This document shows, piece after piece, positions 1 through 9,116 of a stretch of DNA of 64,000 nucleotides. The notes beneath the pieces are model-generated. The model searched no databases, was not told where the DNA came from, and worked only from the letters and a program-made list of their open reading frames with translations. Position 1 is the first letter of the stretch. Every line of letters begins with the position of its first letter. The position numbers were made by a program, and so were the translations under genes. This DNA comes from Azolla caroliniana (Eukaryota; Plantae; Polypodiophyta). The stretch is taken from contig JBHGNT010000009.1 of assembly GCA_043228905.1 (NCBI GenBank), positions 7,192,001-7,256,000 on the forward strand. Direction: 5' to 3'.

Positions 1-2
1 GG

Positions 3-2702
3 ATGAAGAGGCTTGCAGAGGACAACCTTATTCCAGTGAAGCATGTGCACCTGGAGAAGTGCACCGACTGTCTGGCCGGTAAGCAAAACCGGACCTCCTT
101 CCACTCAAGGCCACCGACGAGACGTAGCGCACCATTGGAGCTGGTGCACACTGACGTGTGTCAAGTAGAAACGAAGTCACATGGCGGAGCCCAGTACTTC
201 GTGACATTCATTGATGACCACAGCCGGAAGCTGTGGACGGCACCGTTGAAGACAAAGGACCAAGTATTGTCCGTCTTCAAAGAACTCCACGCGAGAGTGG
301 AAAGAGAATCCGGCAAGAAACTGAAAGCGATACGAGCGGATAACGGAGGAGAATACCGAGGGCAATTTGAGGAGTATTGCCGTTCGATGGGAATCCGGCT
401 CGAGTTTACTGTGCCGAAGACGCCGGAACTGAACGGGCTGGCCGAGAGGATGAACCGGACCATAATGGAGAGGGTCCGGAGTATGCTGGCGCATGCGAAA
501 TTACCCAAGGGGTTTTGGGCTGAGGCGATGTCGACGGCGACATATGTGATAAATAGATCACCCTCAGTACCTTTGGACGGAGACACGCCGCAGAAAGTGT
601 AGACCGGTAAGGAAGTGTCCTACCGGCACCTGAAGGTGTTCGGGTGTCTCGCATACGTGCATGTGGCAAAGGACCGGAGAGGAAAGCTAGATCCAAAGAC
701 CCGGCCATGCATATTCCTCAGTTACGGCAACGACGAGTTTGGCTACCGAGTATGGGACCCGGTCGACAAGAAGATATTCAGGAGTCGAGATATCATCTTC
801 ATGGAGGACAAGACACTCGCCGACTGGGAGTCGGAGAAGAAGATGAAGAGCTCCAAGTCGACCGGTGAGGATCAACTCTACAAGGAGCAGTCCCGACCGG
901 CAAGAGACCGGTTAGCACTCGAGGATCCGGCCGAAGACGGTGAAGAAACAGAACCGGCCGAAGAAGATGAAAATGATACCGGAACCGGCCCCGATCCCGA
1001 AATGGATTCGGATGAAGAAGAATCGGAAGAACCGGTTACCGAAGCTCCGGAACGGAGATATCCTCTAAGAGAGAGAAGGGCCCCCCGGAGATTTCCGGAA
1101 CCAGAGCACGTGCTGCTAACCGACGAGGGGGAGCCGGAGAGCTTTGAAGAAGCGAAGCATGACACCCAGAGCCGCAGGTGGTTGAGTGCCATGCAGGACG
1201 AGATGGATTCCCTGCATGAGAACCACACATATGAACTTGTGGAGTTGCCGAAAGGAAAGCGGGCACTTCGAAACAAGTGGGTGTTCAAGCTGAAACCGGG
1301 AGATGCCGGAAACCCCCCGAGATACAAAGCCAGGATCGTGGTGAAGGGGTTCCAGCAGAAGAAGGGCGTCGACTTCGACGAGATATTTGCCCCGGTAGTG
1401 AAGATGACCTCCATCCGGACGGTGCTGAGCATAGCGGCAAGCATGGACCTCGAGGTAGAACAGATGGACGTGAAGACGGCATTCCTTCACGGTGACCTCG
1501 AAGAAGAGATCTACATGCAGCAACCGGAAGGATTCGAGAAGAAAGGAAAGGAGCACCTGGTATGCCGGTTGAAGAAGAGCCTCTACGGTCTGAAGCAGGC
1601 TCCCCGGCAATGGTACCGGAAGTTCGACTCCTTCATGACAGACGAAGGGTACCACAAAACGCAGACTGATCACTGCGTGTTTGTGAAGAAGTTCGAGGGA
1701 GGAGACTTTCTAATACTCCTTCTGTACGTGGACGACATGTTGATCGTCGGACGGGACCAGGGCAAGATACGGATGCTGAAGAAGGCTCTTCACCGAACCT
1801 TCTCAATGAAGGACCTGGGTCCGGCGAGGCAAATACTGGGGATGCACATCATCCGGGACCGGAAGAAGAAGCAGTTGTGGCTGTCACAGGAGAAGTACGT
1901 GACAAAGGTGCTTCAACGGTTCAACATGTCGGAAGCAAGACCGGTCGGATCAACCCTCCCGGCAAACTGCAAGCTGTCCAGGAAGCAAAGCCCCAAGACA
2001 AAGGCTGAGAAGGAGGACATGATGAAGGTACCATATGCCTCTGCCGTCGGAAGCTTGATGTACGCAATGGTGTGTACAAGACCGGACATAGGATATGCAG
2101 TCGGAGTGGTGAGCCGGTACATGAGCAATCCCGGAAAAGAGCACTGGAACGCGGTCAAGTGGATACTCCGATACCTGAAGGGCACGGCAAACGTGTGCCT
2201 CCGATTCGGCTCCGGTAAGCCCGAACTCGACGGCTTCACTGATTCGGATATGTCGGCTGATGCAGATACCAGCCGGTCCACATCAGGGTATGTGATGACG
2301 TATGCAGGGGGAGCTGTTTCGTGGCAGTCGAGGCTGCAGAAGACGGTTGCGTTGTCAACCACGGAGGCGGAGTACATGGCGGCTGTTGAAGCCGGCAAGG
2401 AAATAATATGGATGAAGGACTTCATTAGAGAGCTCGGTATCCGGCAGGAGGAGTACCGACTCTACTGCGATAGTCAGAGTGCCATCCACCTTGCGAAGAA
2501 CGCGGCCTATCACTCCCGGACGAAGCACATCCAGCGAAGATATCACTGGATCCGGGAAAGGATAGAAGACCAGGAGTTCGTGCTGACGAAGATCCACACG
2601 GACGAAAACGGCTCAGATATGCTGACCAAAGTGCTCACACCCGACAAGCTGGAAGCATGCCGGAAGAGGATCGGATTGGAGAGACATCCCATGCCGAAGT
2701 GA
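3..2702 (+). pseudogene. CopA pol (integrase, RT, RNase H) with one in-frame stop
   Basis: Motifs HTDVC, IRADNGGEY, NGLAERMN, YVDD, TDSD, SDMLTK. TAG at 600-602 where sister copies have TGG. Confidence 0.93.
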
Positions 2703-2712
2703 AGGGGGAGTT

Positions 2713-3371
2713 TGTTGGGATTTACGGTCCCTCCGGATGGGATGTCCGGAGATGAATGACGGCAAGCCCGGTTGCGGTTACGGAACCGGAGGATGAAGAG
2801 TACCCGGCTACGGAGCCGGATGATGAAGACCCGGCTACGGAGCCGGATGATGTAGACCCCGGCTACGGAGCCGGATGATGTACGTACCCGGAGAGAGATC
2901 CGGATGCGGGGACATATTTGTGAATATGTTTGCCAAGGGCCCTTGAGGCTATATTTGTAAATAGCCCGAAAGTCATATGTGTATAAATATGACTTAGGGC
3001 AAACAGTTTTATGTTGCTGAAAAGTTTGCTGCTCATTTTCTGTTTTTCCACTCAAGAGGAGTGAAGAGAGAGCAGCCGAGAGAGAGAGAGAGAGAGAGAA
3101 ACGAGGAGGTCGTTGCCTCTGTGTATTACCGCCGTCTGTGGCGAGAACAGCGAGCTCAAGGTCGTCGCCTTGCAGCTCGCCATTGTATACTTCTCTGTAT
3201 AGTGTTGGTTTGGAGTCTTGAACTCTCGTGGTTTTTCCCGTTTAGGGTTTTCCACGTTAATCACGGTGTTATCGTGTCTTTCTCTGTGTTTCCTATTTTC
3301 TGCTGCATTGATTCGTGATTTCTCGGTTGTGGCCGAACGGTGAAGGCGAATCGGAGCGTAGATTCTCAACA
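2713..3371 (+). repeat. CopA 3' LTR (659 bp) with ~27-30 bp U3 tandem repeats
   Basis: TG..CA termini directly after the PPT. CCGGCTACGGAGCCGGATGATG units at about 2776-2890. Homologous to the CopC and CopG LTRs. Confidence 0.9.
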
Positions 3372-3636
3372 AAGAGGTCACGGGCTGGGGGAGCAGGTTC
3401 TTCAGTGGCTTCCTGGTATAACATGAAGAGGGCGAGGGCGTGGTTGTCTTCGGGGAGTACTCAGATGAAGGTCTGTCGGTCTGGGGGTGTGATTTCGTCA
3501 AAGAATATGCGACGCGTGGCGGCTAACGACCGAAGGACGCACGTTGCTTGGATGAGGAGGGTGCGTGCTGTGCGTGGTGCAGTGAAAAGTTCGGAGAGCA
3601 GGGAGGTCGAGGTCACGTACACCGAGAGTGCCTGGA

Positions 3637-5715
3637 TCATATTCGGAGAGCCAGCTGGGGTAAGGAGAGGGGTCTGAACGGTGGAGGGGTCCGTCGCACC
3701 GGGGGTGAGGGCATGTTCAAGGCGGCTTTGGACGTGCGGAGTTGAAGGATGTCCTTTTCGAGGTCGGCGCATTGGCGACGGTGTTTGATGAGGAGACATC
3801 GATTTCGTTCATTGGCGACTTCGACTTGGTGGATCATGGCGTCTCGTTCAGCCTTGAGGGTGGTGATCTCGCTCGTGAGTTGGTGAGTGGTGGCCATGGC
3901 GGTGGCCAGGGCTTCGGACCGTTCGGAGAGATCAGCCGTCACGGCTGCGAGGCGGGCCTCGGTCAGTTGGTGTTGGGTGGTGAGGCGGACGTACTCGGCC
4001 GAAAGTTCGGCATGTGTTTGCACTGCGCGTTCCTGGTCGTGGTGCCAGGTTGTCCGAGCTTGTTGGAATTCGTCAGCGAGTTGTTGGTGTTGGGTTTGCG
4101 TTGTCAGGAGTTCTTGCTTGAGGAGGTCGTGGGCGGCCGCTTGGCATGCGTTGGTATGGAGGGCGCTCCGTACCTCAGCGACCAAGATCTCGTTCCGTGT
4201 AGTCGTCTCATGTTGGTCGGTGGCAGTCTGTTGGGCCTGTGCCTGAACTTGAAGTAGGCGACGGTTCACGACGACAGTCATCTTTAGGAGTCAGCCACCA
4301 TGTCGGTTAAGGGTTTGGGGGGGACAGTGAGGGAGGGGGTAGGGTGGGTAGTAACTGTAGTGAGGGAGGTCGAGTAGGGCACGGAGGTCGAGAGGGGGGG
4401 TGGCGGAAGCGCGGTTGTCATTTGGGCGGGGGCGATGGTGGGCTGGAGGGGAACTACCGGGGTTGCGGTCGGGGGCCGGTCGGGGGTTTCAGTGTCGGGA
4501 GCGGCGTGGCGGGCGAGTTTATGGGGTCGGGGTTGTGGGATGTCGTCGGTGGTGGTGGACGGGAAAGGTGGGGTAGTTGTGGCCGGAGCGGGGGGAGAGG
4601 ACTTGTGGGGTGGAGGGGTTGGCGAGGTGGGTGGAGGCGGGGTTGGCGGGTTCTGTTGGTCGCGTAAGATTGACTCAGTGGTGCAACTGCGGGAACGCGG
4701 AGTCGTGGTTGTGGTCTGATGTGACACATAGTGGAAAGTGGTGGACAAGGCTTGGATTTTGGTGGGGGTGAACTCGTGTGTCTGGAATTCCTTGACACGA
4801 TTCGTGATATCCTCAAGGGTGTCGAGGTTAGCTTCGGCTGACACGTGGGTGATCGGGGGTTGTTTGTGTGATGGTGGCCGTGCTTGTTCACCTTGGTGTA
4901 CTTGTCGTAAAAAGTTGCGTTCGGGGAGACGAAGGCGTTCGAGTTGGCCTGGGACAGTGATCTTGCAGAAGCGTTCTTGGCAGCGTACAAAGGGAGGGGC
5001 GGGGGGTCCGATGCAGAACTTTGCGCACAAGTACCAGGTGAGGAACCACGCGAAATTGACAGTCGATTTGGGCCGTGTGTGCCATTCTCAGACCCGGCGG
5101 ACAAGCTCGTGAGCCCACTGGACTGGTTGTGGGTCATGTGCCCACTTGAGGTACTCACCGATGATACGAGCGGTGGCATCGGTAGATGCGGTGTCGCCGA
5201 TTTGGGCTATGGCGCTACAACGGTCATGGAGATGGAGAGGGATTTCGGTGTAACGCCACCCTTCACGACCAGAATATTCGGCGTAGGCAACAGGAATGAT
5301 GTCGGGGACAACCCCAGGTCCTCATGGTGCGGAAGGGGGCGCCCTCGAGGGGTAAATGTAGCGTAGCACAAACGTCGGCCGTGGTGAACTGGAATGCGAC
5401 GGGGGGGGGGGGGAGTCTACGAAAGGCTGCATATTCACGTGGCTCGTATCGGGGTTGTACCTGATGAGGAAACGATTGACCAGTTCGGGTAGGACGCCCC
5501 ACGGCCCGATCCCAAGGAAGAACTTGAGGCCAACTCGTGAGAGAGTGATGAACACGTCGGGTTCGAGGTACTTGAGCTGCGTGGCGGCCACAGGAACCCG
5601 GTAAGTACATCGGGTATTGTTGAACACCTCTGGAATGACTAAGGAACCGCACCCTGCGTTGGGGTAGTATGCGTGGAGGAGTTTGATAAATTGGGGAGGC
5701 GTCATCATTGGCAAC
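3637..5715 (-). pseudogene. GypI accessory ORF (Athila ORF2/'env-like' position): globular N-terminal domain, Pro-rich linker, coiled coil; has frameshifts and stops
   Basis: Segments LPELVNRFLIRY, FTTADVCATLHLP and PVQWAHELV..NFAWFLTWYL resemble Athila-type accessory proteins (from recall, not searched). Pro/Thr-rich at 4284-4700, heptad-rich at 3637-4281. Splice-acceptor-like CTAAT-ATTTTTCTCGCAG precedes it. Confidence 0.6.
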
Positions 5716-5989
5716 CTGCGAGAAAAATATTAGTATAGGTAAATGTGGTCAAGAATTAGCAAGTATGGGTAGTTTCAATAGATTCCCCCGCTGTTTTTTT
5801 TTTGTTTTTTTTTTTTGTTTTTTAGGGAGCGGGACGTGGAGTCCTAACTACGGAGTAACTCGGTAAAATATGGTGACGAAGCAACGAGTTCGGGTAGTTT
5901 CAATAGATTCCCCCGCTGGGTTTTTTTTTTTTTTTTGGGTCCTAATTTCGTAGTAACGTTACAACGAAGGGTTATCTGGTCTAGGAGTT

Positions 5990-6370
5990 GGACTCCTCGA
6001 ATGACGTGTGGTTTGAGTAGGTGGGCTCCTCGAACAACGCGTGGTTCGAGGAGTTGGGCTGGGTGGGGACTCCTCGAACAATGGGTAGTTCGAGGGGTTG
6101 GGCTGGGTGTGGTTCGAAGAGTTGGGCCCCTCGAACACTGTGTAGTTCGAGGGGTTGAACTCCTCGAACAACGGGTAGTTCGAGGGGTTGGGCCCCTCGA
6201 ACAACGGGGAGTTCGAGGGGTTGGGCCCCTCGAACGCTGTGTAGTTCGACAGGTTGAACCCCTCAGACAACGGGGAGTTCGAGGGGTTGGGCCCCTCGAA
6301 CACTGTGTAGTTCGAGAGGTTGGGCCCCTCGAACAATGGGTAGTTCGAGGGGTTGGGTCCCTCGAACCAC
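5990..6370. repeat. 33-bp tandem array (~11 units), each with a ~10-bp inverted repeat
   Basis: Unit CCCCTCGAAC-N8-GTTCGAGGGG-TTGGG read directly at 6127, 6160, 6193, 6226, 6259, 6292 and 6325. Confidence 0.92.
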
Positions 6371-6949
6371 GAGGTGGAGTGCGCTGGAAACGGCCAATGA
6401 CGTGGGGAGGGTGAAACGACGAGGCGGCTGTCGCGGCCACCTCGGGGGGAACGAAAGAAAGAAGAGAAAGAGAGAAAAAAAACGTCGGGACGGTGGGGCA
6501 GCGTGGACGGGCAGCGCCACGAGGAGGGGCGACGGCTATGGCTGCCACGGGGGGAGTGTAGACGTAGTGTGCCGGCTATAGTCGCCACGGCTGGGAGGCC
6601 CGTAGTGTGCCGGTGACAGGAGGAGGAGGACAGCGTCGTGGCGGCAGCCATGGCCCACGCAGAGGAATGAAGGGCAGGTACGAGGGGAGTGTAGTGTGGT
6701 GTGTCAAAATGAGAGAGGGGGGGGGGGGGGGGAGGGCCTACCCGAGGCGTGGGAAAGCAAGGTGTGGAGGAGGCGAGGCGGCGAACGGTGCAGGCAACCG
6801 GTGGAGGAGGGGCGGGGATGCTGAGGGTGGGAGAAAGCCACGAACAGAGATTGGGGGGGGGAGGGGAGGAATAGTGTGAGCAAGGAGGGGGGGGAAGAGT
6901 GCTGCAGAGGGTGGAAGCGTGGAGTGAGAAGGGAAGGGACAAGCAGAAA

Positions 6950-7520
6950 GAGGAGAGCTAAAAAAGGAGGGAGGGGAGGTAGAGCAGAGAAGAAGGAGAA
7001 AAAAGAAGAAGGAGAAGAAGAAGAAAAACGAAAAAAAGAAAAAGGAAAAAGGAAAAAGAAAGATAAAAAAACACCACTCAAAAAACGAAAAAAAAAAAAA
7101 AAAAAAAAAAACATAACAAAAAACAAAACAAAATAAGGATAATAACAACCGGTATAGAAAAAAAATAAAAAAAATCATAAAAATAAAATAAAAATAAATA
7201 AAAAAGAAAGAAACGGATACTGACAATAATAGTCATTACAAATAAAGTAAATCAATAAAATAATGGTAAAGATCATAAAAACTAAAATAACATAAATAAA
7301 AATAAAAAAATAAAAAATAAAAAATAGAAAATAAAAATAAAAAATAAATAAATTTTAAAACAAATTTAAAAAAAGTTTTAAAAAAATAAAAAAATAAAAA
7401 TAAAAAAATATAAAAAAACAAAAATAACTAGAAAAAGAAAATTAAAATAAATAAAAATAAATAAATAAATAAAAATAAAAAATAAAAAATAAAAAATAAA
7501 AACTAATACAATTAATAGAA
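6950..7520. repeat. Low-complexity A-rich tract (T-rich on the element sense strand)
   Basis: About 570 bp of almost pure A/AG followed by A/AT. Confidence 0.9.
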
Positions 7521-7626
7521 CACAAATCACGGCAACGAGGGACAACCGACGGGGATGCGAGGTCGGGAGGGTAGGGAGGAATCGATGGAGAAGATTCGGG
7601 ATGGTGAGGGGGGTCTAAACGGCGGT

Positions 7627-9116
7627 CTACGGGGAACGTGGTAGGGGATTGGGTAAATTAAGGGCTTTTGAGGAACCTTGAGGATGCGACTGTGGAGGGA
7701 GTGTCACTCGGGTATCGTGTGAGGGTCCAGGTCCGTGACTTTTAAGGATCCAAACCTGCGGCATGTTTGTTAAGGGGGTGGGGAGGATTTGTGAAACCTT
7801 CCTACGGGGTGTTCGGTCTCTCAGTTGTTTAGGCTTGTCGCTTCCTGTGGCTTTAGCGTGGGCAGGATACTGGGCTGATGTGTGTGCTTTTCGGGTGTCC
7901 CCTGCAGGCGTGGTATGATCGCGACTGGGGAGTGGCGCCTTTGTACCAACCTTGTGCTGTTGTGAGTGTCTTTTTGACTTGCCAAATGGCGGATTCTCCA
8001 CAACGTTGCCCGTCAGCAAAAACAGCGTGAACATTCACCCATTCCCGTGGTTTGGGTGTCCGTGTTTTGACGTCAACGTCGCGCTGGTCTTGGGTGGCCA
8101 GTGGGTGTTGGCATTCGGTTTGGTTGAGCAACTCCGTGCCTTGGGGTTCATCGATGTCCCCTGCAGGCGTGGTATGATCGAGATTGGGGAGTCGGCTTCG
8201 TTTCGGAACCCAGAAGCTAGTGGCACCATTGTGCCAACCTTGTGCGGTTGTGAGTATTTTTCTGACTCGCCACACCGCACGTTCTCCGTAGCGTGGGCCT
8301 TCAGCGAACACTGCGTGGACGTTCACCCATTCTCATGGTTTGGGTGTCTGTGTTCTATTGTTAGTGTCGCGTTGGCTATGGGCGGCCAGTGGGTGTCGGT
8401 GTGTTGCTTGTTTGGGTAGCTCCACGCTTTGAGGATCAGCGAGGACAGCGAGATGTGATTCGAGTGTTGTTGCGAGGAGGTCCTCGGACTTCAGTCCACC
8501 TCCTGTTTGAAAAGAGACGATGTGTTTGCTGGGTGATAGGAGACATTCGCTTATGCGACACCAATCTAAACCAAGGAGGCATTGTGTGTGCATCACTCCG
8601 GGTGGGAGTACCCAAACTTACATTAAGTGCACACTGTATTCTGTCTTGATGTTACACCCGAAGATTCCCAGGCAACATGACGTAGACCCATCGAAGCCAC
8701 GGAAGTTGTTGTTGCACACTTCGAGGTTTGGGCAACCTAGACGTCGCCATGTTTCAAAGGAGAAAAGGGTTAGCGATACTCCTGTGTCGATTACCGCCGT
8801 CAAAGGCATGTCGTCGACACAGCATTGTAGTTGTATTGTTCCATCATTAGAGTTGGCCGCCCGAGCCATGGCTGTCGGATGGGCGTGTCCCTGTCGCTTC
8901 AATTTCGCTTGCATGTTGCGCAGGTCGGTTTCGAGACGGGCCATTCGGCCATCGGAGGCTTTAAGTTTGGCCTCTACCTCTCGTTGTCGAGCCATGAGTA
9001 GAGCCTCGTGTGTGAGGGGTCCATAGTAACATTTGAGCTTGCTCCCATTAATGAACCTGGGGATGTCAAAACCTTCGATCGTGCGTAGGCGACATGCTCC
9101 TGTCTTGGTAACCTCC
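7627..9116 (-). pseudogene. GypI pol C-terminal extension: integrase GPY tail, coiled coil, second retropepsin domain, duplicated ~96-aa repeat
   Basis: In frame with 14416-14670 across TSD CCTCC. AVIDTGVS at 8780-8788 and LLGLDW at 8561-8578 are in the same frame, separated by one TAA (8618-8620). TGA at 8333-8335. Late frameshift near 7930. Confidence 0.8.

Larger units (their letters stand above)
1..3371 (+). mobile_element. CopA: Ty1/copia LTR retrotransposon (Tnt1/Tork-like), 3' part; inserted into GypI
   Basis: INT-RT-RH order. PPT GAAGGGGGAG at 2701-2710. 3' LTR TGTTGGGA..CTCAACA at 2713-3371. The 5' end is outside the window. Confidence 0.95.

Noticed and set aside
5990-6370. CRISPR-like palindromic repeat array
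   Set aside because: The variable parts are only 8 nt and recur, there are no cas genes, and the context is a eukaryotic retroelement.
5844-7421. Pro/Arg-, Lys- and Phe-rich ORFs
   Set aside because: These are by-products of the 33-bp array and low-complexity tracts.
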